Positions 20,862-32,300 of a stretch of 64,000 bases of DNA are shown here, one piece after another. Position 1 is the stretch's first letter, and each line of letters opens with the position of its first letter. The translations under genes and the position numbers were made by a program. Location of the stretch: NCBI GenBank assembly GCA_037130135.1, contig JBAXTO010000009.1, positions 17,276 to 81,275 of the forward strand, in the 5' to 3' direction. The notes under the pieces were generated by a model. That model was not told where the DNA came from and made no database searches. It saw only the letters and a program-made list of their open reading frames with translations. Origin of the DNA: Bacteroidota bacterium (lineage in GTDB: Bacteria; Bacteroidota; Bacteroidia; Chitinophagales; CAMDFR01).

Positions 20862-21926
20862 TTAAGCCATCTGATCTGAGCTTATATTGCTCTTTTTAAC
20901 CGGATTAGAGGTCATTTCTATAAAGCTTTGTCTATTTTTAATGATATCTAGGGCTACAAAAACAGCATTTTCCATAGATCCTGAGCTAGCTATGTTCTTT
21001 CCAACCAAATCATAAGCCGTTCCATGATCTGGAGAAGTCCTAACTACTGGAAGCCCAGCAGTATAATTCACCCCAGTATTAAAAGCGAATGATTTGAACG
21101 GAATCAAGCCTTGATCATGATACATGGCTAAAATACCATCAAATTTAGTATATAATCCTGCCCCAAAGAAGCCATCTGCGGGATAGGTTCCAAAAGCTAA
21201 AATACCCTTATCTTTTGCTGAAGATATTGCAGGATGAATAATGTCTTGTTCTTCTTTACCAATTACCCCATCCTCTCCAGCATGTGGGTTTAAGCCTAAT
21301 ACCGCTATTCTAGGTTTATTAATTAAGAAGTCTTCAGTTAAGCTTTTATGTAAAATTTCTAGTTTATTATAGATCGATTTACTATCAATAAATTTATGTA
21401 AATCTTTTATCGCAATATGTCCAGTGCATAATCCAATACGCATTTTTTCATCTACCATCAACATCATACTATCATTTACGCCAAAATAGTTTCGAATATA
21501 ATCAGTATGTCCTTTAAAATCTTTAGTTGGTGTTTTTATAGTGCTTTTATTAATAGGTGCCGTAACTATTCCATCCAGTTTATTGGCTTTTAAATCTGCT
21601 AATGCAAGATCTATACACTTAAGTGAAATTTCTCCTGCTACTAAGGTTGCTTTGCCCGGCTCAATAGGAGCTTCTTCATTACTATAATTAATTACATTAA
21701 TCTGCTTACTGTGCATTTGAGATATATCTGCAATGTTCACGTAGTCGAAGTGTTCTATATTCAACGCTTTTTTATAGTATGATAGTACCTTCGATGAGCC
21801 ATATATTACAATATCGCAATATTTTAAAAATTTTTTGTCTTGAAATGTTTTTAAAATCACCTCTGGTCCAATACCATTTATATCGCCAATAGTTATGCCT
21901 ATTACAGGTCTATATTGTTGTTCCAT
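20862..21926 (-). CDS. pdxA: 4-hydroxythreonine-4-phosphate dehydrogenase
   Basis: GDINGIGPEV, GLNPHAGE, YHDQGLIP and SPDHGTAYD motifs. Confidence 0.9.
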   Translation of the reverse strand: MEQQYRPVIGITIGDINGIGPEVILKTFQDKKFLKYCDIVIYGSSKVLSYYKKALNIEHFDYVNIADISQMHSKQINVINYSNEEAPIEPGKATLVAGEISLKCIDLALADLKANKLDGIVTAPINKSTIKTPTKDFKGHTDYIRNYFGVNDSMMLMVDEKMRIGLCTGHIAIKDLHKFIDSKSIYNKLEILHKSLTEDFLINKPRIAVLGLNPHAGEDGVIGKEEQDIIHPAISSAKDKGILAFGTYPADGFFGAGLYTKFDGILAMYHDQGLIPFKSFAFNTGVNYTAGLPVVRTSPDHGTAYDLVGKNIASSGSMENAVFVALDIIKNRQSFIEMTSNPVKKSNISSDQMA

Positions 21927-21927
21927 A

Positions 21928-23358
21928 TTATTTATACTCGCTTAAAAATTCATATAATAATCTAACTCCTACTCCTGATCCTCCTTTCCCTCTGTACGAA
22001 TCTTCTGCCGTTAAGAACGATGGACCTGCTATATCTAAGTGTATCCAAGGATAATCAATAAAGCATTCTAAAAATTTACCAGCAGTTATAGCTCCTGCAT
22101 GTGGCCCACCTATATTTTTTATATCTGCAATATCTGATTTGATATAGCTTCCATATTCATCCCAAAATGGCATTTCTGCAATTCGTTCATGTACCTGAAG
22201 CCCCGATTTTTTTAATAATGTCATTGTTGATTCAGCAGCAGTACCCATACCTACAATTCCTTCTTTACCTATAGCTGCTACTGCTGCACCAGTTAATGTA
22301 GCTAAATCAATAACTAATTCAGGATTATATTTTTTTGCATAACTAAGCGCATCTGCTAAAATCATTCTACCTTCTGCATCTGCATTTAACATTTCTACTG
22401 TTTTGCCACTATGCATATGGATTACATCGCCTGGTACATATGCATTCTCACCTGGTCTATTATCTGTTGCAGGAATCAATCCTATAATATGTACAGGTAA
22501 TTTATTTGTTGCTACAGCTTGAAATAAACCTATTACTGCTGCTGCTCCAGCCATATCACTTTTCATTAAATCCATACTGTTTGGCGTAGGTTTTAAACTT
22601 AAACCACCCGTATCGTATACTACTCCTTTACCAACAAGAACAATTGGTTTTTTATTTTTTGCTTTAGGAGATTTATATTCTAGTATATTAAATGTTGGCG
22701 GGTCAATACTACCTTTATTTACAGATAATAGTCCCCCCATTTTCAATGCAGTAATTTTTTTCTTATCAAAGTATTCAAATTTAAATCCTGCTTTTTTGGC
22801 TATACTCTCAATTTCCAAAGATAGTTGCGTAGCAGTTAAATAAGACAATGGTTCGTTTACTAAAGTTCTAGCAGTATTTACTGAATTAGTAAGTCTTTCG
22901 ATTAGGGTAATTTCCTCTTTTTTTACTTGTGCATTTAACAAGCTCATTTCTTGTAATGCATTCACTTTATCTTTTTTATCAGAAAAATATTTCAAAAATT
23001 GATAATTACTTAAAAGGAAAGATTCTATAAAAGCATTACGCTCGTTCTGACTCTTATTATCAAAAAATAGTTGTATGCTGTTTATTTTAGACTTATTTAA
23101 TTCTCTATTCGCAATATGAGCAAGTCTACGCATGTTCTCCAGTAATTGGTAGGCTGTTTTCCCCTTTTCACGTTTGAATGCAACTATTTTTCTGCTCGGT
23201 GAATGAATAATACTAAGGTTTAATTTATTTTCAAAGTCAGCTTTAATGCTCTTAATTTCACTATCGCTTAGTGAACTGTTTTTCAAAGTAACCACCTCAT
23301 CACAAATGATTACTAAATTGTTTTTGGAGGATAATGAGTTTATGTAAGATATTTTCAT
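21928..23358 (-). CDS. pepA: M17 leucyl aminopeptidase
   Basis: VGKGVVYDTGGLSLKP, MKSDMAGAA and NADAEGRMILADAL signatures of the M17 family. Confidence 0.9.
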   Translation of the reverse strand: MKISYINSLSSKNNLVIICDEVVTLKNSSLSDSEIKSIKADFENKLNLSIIHSPSRKIVAFKREKGKTAYQLLENMRRLAHIANRELNKSKINSIQLFFDNKSQNERNAFIESFLLSNYQFLKYFSDKKDKVNALQEMSLLNAQVKKEEITLIERLTNSVNTARTLVNEPLSYLTATQLSLEIESIAKKAGFKFEYFDKKKITALKMGGLLSVNKGSIDPPTFNILEYKSPKAKNKKPIVLVGKGVVYDTGGLSLKPTPNSMDLMKSDMAGAAAVIGLFQAVATNKLPVHIIGLIPATDNRPGENAYVPGDVIHMHSGKTVEMLNADAEGRMILADALSYAKKYNPELVIDLATLTGAAVAAIGKEGIVGMGTAAESTMTLLKKSGLQVHERIAEMPFWDEYGSYIKSDIADIKNIGGPHAGAITAGKFLECFIDYPWIHLDIAGPSFLTAEDSYRGKGGSGVGVRLLYEFLSEYK

Positions 23359-23527
23359 AATAATAAGTTAATATACTAAAAAGACAAAGGTATATATTTT
23401 AACATGAAATAAATCAAGGATTTAAATATCAGATTTTTTGAAGCATTTCTGTATAACTCTTTTCATCCTTACTTCTATTTAAATAGTAGTTTATTCAATT
23501 GTTATACATAAGTTTGCACTAAGTATT

Positions 23528-24319
23528 ATGCACGAAGCAAATAATTCATATAAGGCGAACAAATCTTTAGGGCAACATTTTTTAAATGACGAATCAGTAT
23601 GCACTAGAATTGTTGACCAAATACCAGAGTTTGATATAAGAACTCAAGTGATTGAAATAGGTCCTGGACCAGGCGTACTAACAAAATATTTGTTTCAAAA
23701 ATATCCTCAAAATTTACATTTAATCGAATATGATAAACGATTTGTAGAAATGTTAGGCAAGCATTATCCTTCATTAAGCCATCAAATTTATGAAGCAGAT
23801 GTATTACGATTTGACTTCAATACAATTGATGGGAATTGTATTTTAGTTGGAAATTTTCCTTATAATATCAGTTCGCAAATCCTTTTCAAAGCCTTAGATT
23901 ATAAAGAAAAAATGCCTATTGTTATTGGGATGTTTCAAAAAGAAATGGCTCAACGAGTAGCTGCAAAGCATGGAAACAAATCATATGGTATATTAAGTAT
24001 ATTAATACAAGCTTTTTATAATGTTACGTATTTATTTGATGTGCCACCAACAGTTTTTTCACCTCCCCCCAAAGTAATGTCTGGTGTAATTAAACTTGAA
24101 TTTCAATCAAATAAATTTGCTATTTTAGACCATAAAGTTTTTGTTAGTTTGGTGAAATTAGCATTTAATCAACGTAGAAAAACGATGAGAAATAGCTTGA
24201 AATCAATGATAATGCAATATCAAATAGAAGATGCAGCCATATTTGATAAACGCCCCGAACAATTATCTGTACTTGAATTGGTAGAATTAGCAAATTATTT
24301 TGTTCAGCATAAAAAATAA
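23528..24319 (+). CDS. rsmA: 16S rRNA (adenine1518/1519-N6)-dimethyltransferase
   Basis: KSLGQHFL, SAM-binding IEIGPGPGVLT, and GNFPYNISSQILF. Confidence 0.92.
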   Translation: MHEANNSYKANKSLGQHFLNDESVCTRIVDQIPEFDIRTQVIEIGPGPGVLTKYLFQKYPQNLHLIEYDKRFVEMLGKHYPSLSHQIYEADVLRFDFNTIDGNCILVGNFPYNISSQILFKALDYKEKMPIVIGMFQKEMAQRVAAKHGNKSYGILSILIQAFYNVTYLFDVPPTVFSPPPKVMSGVIKLEFQSNKFAILDHKVFVSLVKLAFNQRRKTMRNSLKSMIMQYQIEDAAIFDKRPEQLSVLELVELANYFVQHKK

Positions 24320-24322
24320 ATT

Positions 24323-25258
24323 ATGTCTAGAGTTTTAATAACAGATGCGGTACATCCAGATATGATTACTCTTTTTCAAAATGCTGGAGTTGAAGTTAAT
24401 TATCAACCAGATTTTAATCAAGATCAAACCATAGCTATTATTCAAGATTACGAATTACTAGTAATTAATAGCAAAATTCAAGTGGATGCTTCATTTATAA
24501 ATCAAGCACCAAATTTAAAAATCGTAGGAAGATTAGGATCAGGCAAAGAAATAATTGATTTGGAATATGCATCAAAGAAAAATATTCAATTTCATAATTC
24601 TCCAGAAGGTAATAGAGATGCAGTAGCAGAACATGCTTTAGGATTATTATTAGGCTTATTAAATAATATTCCTAAATCGTTTGAAGAGGTTAAAAACGGT
24701 AAATGGATTCGTGAAGCAAATAGAGGGCACGAACTCAAATATCATACAGTAGCCTTATTAGGGTATGGAAATACAGGTAAAGCATTTGCACATTTACTAC
24801 AAGTATTTGGCTGCAAAATTTTAGCATATGATAAATTTTTACATGGATTTTCATCCGCATATATAGAAGAAGCTGATATGCAACAAGTATTTCAAGAAGC
24901 TACAATTGTAAGTATACATTTACCACTTACTTCTTTAACTAATCAATTAATAAACGATGAATTTATAGCTGCTTTTCAAAATAATTTTTATTTATTGAAT
25001 ACTTCAAGAGGTAAAATAGTAGATGAATCGGCCCTATTAAATGCCTTGAAATCCTCTAAAATACTAGGATTTGCAACAGATGTTTTAACTAATGAAAAAT
25101 TAGATATGTATACTAAGGAAGAACAAATGAGATTAAACGAAATACTGCAATATAATACAATAATTACTCCGCATATTGCTGGTTGGACCTATGAAAGCAA
25201 GAAAAAACTTGCACATGTTTTGGCCAATAAGATGATTTTGTCATTAACGAATCATTAA
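24323..25258 (+). CDS. D-isomer-specific 2-hydroxyacid dehydrogenase (phosphoglycerate dehydrogenase-like)
   Basis: Rossmann motif (LLGYGNTGKAFA), catalytic region (NTSRGKIVDE) and PHIAGWT. Confidence 0.8.
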   Translation: MSRVLITDAVHPDMITLFQNAGVEVNYQPDFNQDQTIAIIQDYELLVINSKIQVDASFINQAPNLKIVGRLGSGKEIIDLEYASKKNIQFHNSPEGNRDAVAEHALGLLLGLLNNIPKSFEEVKNGKWIREANRGHELKYHTVALLGYGNTGKAFAHLLQVFGCKILAYDKFLHGFSSAYIEEADMQQVFQEATIVSIHLPLTSLTNQLINDEFIAAFQNNFYLLNTSRGKIVDESALLNALKSSKILGFATDVLTNEKLDMYTKEEQMRLNEILQYNTIITPHIAGWTYESKKKLAHVLANKMILSLTNH

Positions 25259-25472
25259 ATTGTAATATTATAGTCATAATCACTTACAGCACATACAATC
25301 TATTTTAATATTTTTTAACTTTGAATTGTCAAACGATTTTCTTTTTGATTTGATATTCATTATCAATGTTTTATCAATGAAAATAAAATAAAAATATGAA
25401 TTCAAATGAAATTATATAATTTTGACGGCTTAACAAGAATTAACTATTATAAATAAGTTTGATAAATAAATT

Positions 25473-28400
25473 ATGAAAAGATTATTACTATCAGTGTTTT
25501 TGTTTTTTTCAGTAAATGTAATCCTAGCACAATCGGGGGATATTTCAGGAAAAATAAAAGATGAAAAAGGAGAAGGAATTCCGTTTGCTACCGTAGCGGT
25601 TGTGCAAAATGGAGCAGTTGTAAAAGGAGTACAAACAGATTTTGATGGTAACTATACATTGAAGCCTTTAAATCCAGGGAAATATGATGTTAAGTATTCA
25701 TATGTAGGATACCAACCTATATTACGAACTGGGATAGTCGTTTCAGCTGAAAAATCTACCTATGTTGACGTTCAATTAAAACCTTCTGATGATGTATTGG
25801 CAGAGGTACAAGTAATCGAATATAAAGTTCCATTAATTGATGCAGGTAAAACTACATCAGGTAATACAGTAACTCAAGAAGATATTGCCAAACTTCCTAC
25901 TCGTGATATCCAATCTATTGCTGCAACAACTTCTGGAGCATATCAAGCAGATGAAGGTTCTGGTATCAATATTAAAGGAGGTAGAACAGATGCAACAGCG
26001 ATTTATATAGATGGTATTCGTGTTAGAGGAAATGTAAGTGTACCTGCAAGTGCTATTAGTTCTTTAACTGTAATCACTGGTGGTGTACCAGCAAAATATG
26101 GTGATCAAACTGGTGGAGCTATTTCGGTTACAACTAGAGGTCCATCTAATCAATTTAATGGAGGACTAGAATTAGTGTCTTCTGAATTTATGGATGCATA
26201 TGGATATAACTTAGTAAGTGCTAACCTTACAGGTCCAATATATACCAATAAAAAAACAAATAGAACAATTGCAGGTTTCTTTATTTCTGGTGAATTTGAA
26301 AGATTTAGAGATAACGACCCTTCAGCTATTGGTTCTTGGAAAGTAAAAGACGATAAATATCAACAAATTCAACAAACTCCTTTAATTAAAAATCCGGTAC
26401 AAGAAGGTTATTTATATGCAAGTGAAGCTTTAACTAGAGATGATTTAGTTTTAATTAAATCTAGACAAAATGTTGCAAACAATCAGTATAGAGCTATTGG
26501 TAAATTAGATTTAAAACCATCAGATGCTATAAACATTACAATTGGAGGAAACTATAACTATGAAAAATATCATAGCTGGATTGATAGATATGCTTTATTA
26601 AACTACGAGAACAATCCATTATTCGAAAATCAAACGTATAGAGGCTTTGTTCGTTTTACACATAATATTGGTCAAGGAGGAAAAGATGATGAGAATAAAA
26701 CGGAGAAAAAATCATCTGCATTCCAAAATGCATATTATACTTTACAATTCGATTATGAAAAATATAAAACTAGATATGGTGATGATACCCATTTTGAAAA
26801 TTATTTTGATTATGGATATATAGGTAATTTTGATATTATTAGAAAACCTACATATGAATTTACTTCTTCTAGAGCAGTAGTTGATGCTAATGGTATTAGT
26901 AGAACATTAACTGGATGGCAACAAACTGGTGATCGTTCAGATAGTATCTATTTTACTCCGAGTGATGTAAATGAATTAGGAGCTAGATACACTTCTACAT
27001 ATTTTGATTTAACTAAAGATTTCGCTCCAGCAGGTTTATACGATAACTTAAATAATATTCAGTCTAATAGAGGTATTATCAATGGTAATAGATCTCAATT
27101 AGCACACTCTATCTGGTTTAACTCAGGTAGACAATACAATGGTGCAGGTAGAGTAGATAATGATCAGTACACAATGAAATTAGATGGTGCATTTGATATC
27201 TTAAAACCAGGTTCTGAATCTCGTAACAAACATTCTATTGAATTTGGATTCCAATTCGAACAAAGACAAGAACGTATATATAGTATCAATCCATTAGAGT
27301 TATGGACATTGATGAGACAACTTACGAATAGCCATATTAAAGAATTTGATGTTACAAATACAAATCCTTTAGTTAAAATTAATGGTCAAGTATATGAATA
27401 TAATGACCCTACTAGACCTTCTTTTGGTTTTAACGATACAATCTTAGCTCCTAGAATAGCTAAAATAGAAGATCAAGCATTTTTTGATAGAAGCTTAAGA
27501 ACTAAATTAGGTTTAGATCCTAATGGAAATGATTATATTAATACGGATGCATTAGATCCTAGTAATTTCAGTTTAAATATGTTTGCACCTGATGAGTTAT
27601 TAAGCCCAGGCTTCGGTGGTCCATATGTAAATTATTATGGATATGATTACTTAGGAAATAAGTTAAGTGGCAAAACTTCATTTAATGATTTCTTTACTAA
27701 AAAAGATGTTAATGGAAATATGAAAAGAGAAATAGGTGCTTTCACTCCTATTTATATCGCTGGATATATTCAAGATAAATTCCAATTTAAAGATTTAACT
27801 TTCAATGTTGGGGTGCGTGTTGATAGATATGATGCCAACCAAAAAGTAATGAGAGATCCATATTCCTTATTCCAGGTTCAAAGTGCAGAAGAGTTTGCAA
27901 CAAATCACTCGTACTATACTAAACCAGCAAATGTAACTAATGACTTCAAAGTATATGTTGATGATAATACTTCTAATACTCCAAATGTAGTAGGTTATAG
28001 AAATGGAGATAATTGGTATAATGCTTTAGGAAACCAATTAGCTTCAGGTGCAGAAGTAGCTCGTGCTTCAGCTACGGGTAAAATTACTCCTATGTTTACA
28101 GATCCAAATGTAGTAGCAGCCGGTGAAGGAGCATTAATTAGAGACCCAGAGAAATTTAATCCAGATGGAAGTTTTGTGGATTATAAACCACAAATTAATG
28201 TTATGCCTCGTTTACAATTTTCTTTTAGTTTAACGGATAAAGCATTATTTTATGCGCACTACGATGTGTTAACTCAAAGACCTCAATCAGGTATTGGAAA
28301 TGGTGCTGTAACTGAACCAAGAAACTTTTCTGATCCATATCAATTTTTATGGTGGGATATCTTATCTAATGGACAGTTAATGAATAACCCAAATTTGAAA

Positions 28401-29312
28401 CCAGAGAAAACAATTGACTTCGAACTAGGGTTTAGACAAAAAGTTAGTAATACAAGTGCTATATCAATCCAAGCTTTCTATAGAGAGTTTAAAGATCAAG
28501 TACAAGTGATGAGAAGAGCTTATACCTACCCTGGTGTATCTCAAGCATATATTACTTTAGGTAACGTTGATTTTGGAACAACTAAAGGTTTTAATATCGA
28601 TTATGATTTAAGAAGAACAGGTAATTTACAAATGAAATTAAACTATACATTACAATTTGCTGAAGGTACAGGTTCTAGTAATCAAACTCAATTAAGTGTT
28701 GTAAGTCAAGACGGTTCTTCAAACTTCAGAACAATATCTCCTTTATCTTATGATGCTCGTCATACATTTAACGCAACAGTAGATTGGAGATATGGTCAAG
28801 GTTCTGATTATAATGGTCCTTATATCGGTAAACAACAAATCTTCTCTAATGCAGGTATTAACTTCGTATTTACAGCAAGAAGTGGAACTCCTTATACTAA
28901 ACAAGAAACAGCTACACCAACAGCTTTAAGCGGAGTACCTAATAGACCAATTACTTTAGGTTCTGTAAATGGAGCTAGATTACCTTGGATCTTCAGATTA
29001 AATACTAAAATTAATAAAGACTTTAACGTTAAAGTGGGTAAGAAAAAAGATGGTAAAGAACAAAGAGAAATGAACTTTAGCGTATACTTATTAATTCAAA
29101 ATATATTAAATGCTAAAAATCCTGTAAGCGTTTATAGATTTACTGGAAATCCTTCTGATGATGGATATTTAGGTAGTGCAAGTGGTAAATTGGATATTAG
29201 CAATAGAGCTTATCCAGATTCATTTAAAGATTTATATAGAGCTTATGTGAATTTGCCAGATAATTACAGTAAGCCTAGAAACATCAGATTAGGTGTAGTA
29301 GTTGGTTTTTAA
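25473..29312 (+). CDS. TonB-dependent receptor-like outer-membrane protein with an N-terminal CarboxypepD_reg domain
   Basis: Signal peptide, then a carboxypeptidase-regulatory-like domain (GKIKDEKGEGIPFATVAVV...GNYTLKPLNPGKYDVKYSYVGYQP). A plug region follows (INIKGGRTDATAIYIDGIRV...GGVPAKYGDQTGGAISVTTRG), then a long barrel ending in an aromatic residue (RLGVVVGF). Confidence 0.85.
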   Translation: MKRLLLSVFLFFSVNVILAQSGDISGKIKDEKGEGIPFATVAVVQNGAVVKGVQTDFDGNYTLKPLNPGKYDVKYSYVGYQPILRTGIVVSAEKSTYVDVQLKPSDDVLAEVQVIEYKVPLIDAGKTTSGNTVTQEDIAKLPTRDIQSIAATTSGAYQADEGSGINIKGGRTDATAIYIDGIRVRGNVSVPASAISSLTVITGGVPAKYGDQTGGAISVTTRGPSNQFNGGLELVSSEFMDAYGYNLVSANLTGPIYTNKKTNRTIAGFFISGEFERFRDNDPSAIGSWKVKDDKYQQIQQTPLIKNPVQEGYLYASEALTRDDLVLIKSRQNVANNQYRAIGKLDLKPSDAINITIGGNYNYEKYHSWIDRYALLNYENNPLFENQTYRGFVRFTHNIGQGGKDDENKTEKKSSAFQNAYYTLQFDYEKYKTRYGDDTHFENYFDYGYIGNFDIIRKPTYEFTSSRAVVDANGISRTLTGWQQTGDRSDSIYFTPSDVNELGARYTSTYFDLTKDFAPAGLYDNLNNIQSNRGIINGNRSQLAHSIWFNSGRQYNGAGRVDNDQYTMKLDGAFDILKPGSESRNKHSIEFGFQFEQRQERIYSINPLELWTLMRQLTNSHIKEFDVTNTNPLVKINGQVYEYNDPTRPSFGFNDTILAPRIAKIEDQAFFDRSLRTKLGLDPNGNDYINTDALDPSNFSLNMFAPDELLSPGFGGPYVNYYGYDYLGNKLSGKTSFNDFFTKKDVNGNMKREIGAFTPIYIAGYIQDKFQFKDLTFNVGVRVDRYDANQKVMRDPYSLFQVQSAEEFATNHSYYTKPANVTNDFKVYVDDNTSNTPNVVGYRNGDNWYNALGNQLASGAEVARASATGKITPMFTDPNVVAAGEGALIRDPEKFNPDGSFVDYKPQINVMPRLQFSFSLTDKALFYAHYDVLTQRPQSGIGNGAVTEPRNFSDPYQFLWWDILSNGQLMNNPNLKPEKTIDFELGFRQKVSNTSAISIQAFYREFKDQVQVMRRAYTYPGVSQAYITLGNVDFGTTKGFNIDYDLRRTGNLQMKLNYTLQFAEGTGSSNQTQLSVVSQDGSSNFRTISPLSYDARHTFNATVDWRYGQGSDYNGPYIGKQQIFSNAGINFVFTARSGTPYTKQETATPTALSGVPNRPITLGSVNGARLPWIFRLNTKINKDFNVKVGKKKDGKEQREMNFSVYLLIQNILNAKNPVSVYRFTGNPSDDGYLGSASGKLDISNRAYPDSFKDLYRAYVNLPDNYSKPRNIRLGVVVGF

Positions 29313-29345
29313 TATAAAAAATAAATAATAGAAAATATATATATT

Positions 29346-32300
29346 ATGAAAATGAAGAAATTAATAGTTTTTGCTCTAAGTATAGGAAGCATGCTACAAA
29401 TATATGCAAGCGCACCAAACTATATTAGACAAAGAACAACCACAACAAGCAGTAATTCATTTAAAACTACTGTAGCTGATTGTGAAATTGGTAATTCCCA
29501 ATTTGATTTAGATATTAATAATATCCGAACTAAAATCTTAGCAAGAGGTGATATGTGGTGGGATTTATCAAATGCAAGATATGAAGTGCCTAAAATTGAT
29601 CCACCTGGGTCTGCACCATCAGTACATGCACTTTTTGCAGGTGCCATCTGGATTTCTGGAGAAGATGATGGGGGTAACTTAAAAATTGCTGCTCAAACAT
29701 ATAGCTCAAATGGTAATGATTATTTCCCTGGACCACTTACTAATACAGGTCAAACAGATAATGCAACTTGTAAAGTATGGGATAAACACTTCAACGTATA
29801 TGGAGATGAGATTCGTACTTATTTAAAAAACTTTGGTGCTGGACCTTCTATCGGTACTTCTAATATTCCAGCGAATGTATTAAAATGGCCTGGTTCAAGA
29901 AACCCTTATTTATTAGAATCAGGTTTATATTACAATGGACAATTAGCGCCCTTTTTTGATTACGATGATGATTGTAATTATGACCCTACAAAAGGTGATT
30001 ATCCAGCATTATTCTATTCTGCTAATCGCGAATGTGCTACTGCCAATAATTTAAAAGATTCATTTTCTACTAATGCTTGTTTAGAACCAACTTTTGCAGA
30101 TCAAATGATTTTCTGGGTATTTAACGATGTTGGAAATATCCATACTCAATCTCAAGGAGATGCTATCGGTCTTCAAATTAATGCTTTAGCATTTGCATTT
30201 AGAACTTCAGATGAGTTAAACAACATGACTTTCTATAGATACAATATTATCAATAGATCTAATTCAACTTTAAATAACACCTATATGGGCCAATGGGTTG
30301 ATCCAGATTTAGGTTGTTATGATAATGACTATGTAGGTTGTGATGTAGCTAGAGGTTTAGGGATCGTTTATAATGGTGAAATTACAGATCCAAACTGTCA
30401 ATCTAGAGGATATGGTTCTGAAGTACCATTATTAGGTATCGATTATTTTGAAGGACCTAGAGCAGATTTGAGAAATGGTTTAGATGATGATGGTGACGGT
30501 TTAATTGATGAAGGTACAGATGGTATCGATAATGATGCAAATGGATTAACAGATAGTAATGATCCTAAAGAACAAGAATTATTAGGGATGTCATCATTTG
30601 TTTATTTTAATAATGCAGCAGGTGCTCAAGGGGATCCACAAAATGCTTCACAATTTAGAAACTATATGACTGGTAAATGGTCAGATGGTACTCCAATCAC
30701 TTTAAATGGAACTGGTTATGGTGGAAGTACACCTACAAGTTATGTATATCCTGGTGACCCTTCTGTAGCTACACAATGGAGTGAGTGTAATAACCAAACA
30801 TCAGGTGCAAACGTAACAGCAGATAGAAGATTTGCTCAATTCTCTGGTCCTTTTACATTGAAACCAGGGGATCAAAATAATATTACAATTGGTGTTATTT
30901 TCGTAAGACCTAAAGTAGGTGCTTATCCTTGTCCTTCATTTAGTAGATATATTGGAGTAGCAGATGATAAAGCACAAGCTTTATTTGATAATTGCTTTAA
31001 AGTAATTAGAGGTCCAGATGCTCCAACAGTATTATTAAGAGAATTAGACAAACAAATTATTTTGAACTTAGTAAATACAGGTGGAAATAATATTGCGGAA
31101 TCTTATGATGAAATAGATGCATTAATCGTAAATCAAGATCCGAGAAATGTGGCTGATCATACTTATACTTTCCAAGGATATAAAATTTATCAATTAAAAG
31201 ATGGTACTGTTTCAACTTCAGATCTTAATGATAATGCAAAAGCTAGAATTGTTTCTCAAATAGATATTAAAGATGGTATATCTACTATTATTAATTTTAC
31301 TTTTGATGCAGCTTCGGGCACGAATGTTCCAACAGTAATGGTTGAAGGTGCTAATAAAGGATTAACGAAGTCGTTTAACGTTACAAGCGATTTATTTGCG
31401 GATGGTGATAATAGATTAATTAATCATAAAACCTATTATTTTACAGCTTTAGCATATGCTCATAATGATTTCACAATTATTGATACTGTTTCGTGGGTAA
31501 TAGATACTGCATCTAGCATTATACTTCCAGTAACTGAAACAAAAACACAAGATAAAAAATACTTACAAGGGAATGGTAACTTATCTATATATACAGCCAT
31601 CCCACATATTGTAAATGGCAATAATGAAGGTACCGTTATTAATTCTAAATGGGGAGATTCAATTTCTGTAGTTAGACTTCAAGGTCAGGGTAACGGAGGT
31701 AATAATCTATCTTTAGAAACAAATACAATTGATAGAATATTAACTACCTATGCAACAGATTCTATTCGTTATTTACCTGGTATGGGACCTGTATTTGTAA
31801 AAGTAGTTGATCCATTAAGAGTTCAAGAAGCAGACTATAAAATTATTCTTCTTGAAAGTTATGACTCAATTGATAGAGCAACTGGAATTTATAGAAATAG
31901 TGCAACTTGGATTTTATTGAATTTAACTTCAGGGGATACAGTTTATGCTGAGAAAAAATTAGGGGATATGAATGAGCAAATTATCTATTATAAACCTAAT
32001 GGATCTGTATTTGACATTGAACAATGGGGTATAGCGGTTGTAATAGGTCAGTCACAACCAGTATATTCAGGAAAATCGGATTATATAGGTACTGGTTATT
32101 CAATGGGTGCTGTTTATGGTGCACTTACTTCTACTATTTCATTCCAAAATCCAGAACAAAATTGGTTATCATTTATTCAAGATGTTGATGGTAACGAAAG
32201 AGAAAATTGGTTGAGATGTGGTGACTTTATCGCAGGTGGAACTCCAGCACCAGCTACTGCAAAAATTTACGACGATGCATATAGAATTCAATCAGGTAAT

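Noticed and set aside
25417-25461. Two matches to the Bacteroidota -7 promoter element TAnnTTTG upstream of the receptor gene: TAATTTTG at 25417..25424 and TAAGTTTG at 25454..25461.
   Set aside because: No convincing -33 TTG lies at the right spacing, and such 8-mers are expected by chance in DNA this AT-rich. This is not enough to annotate a promoter.
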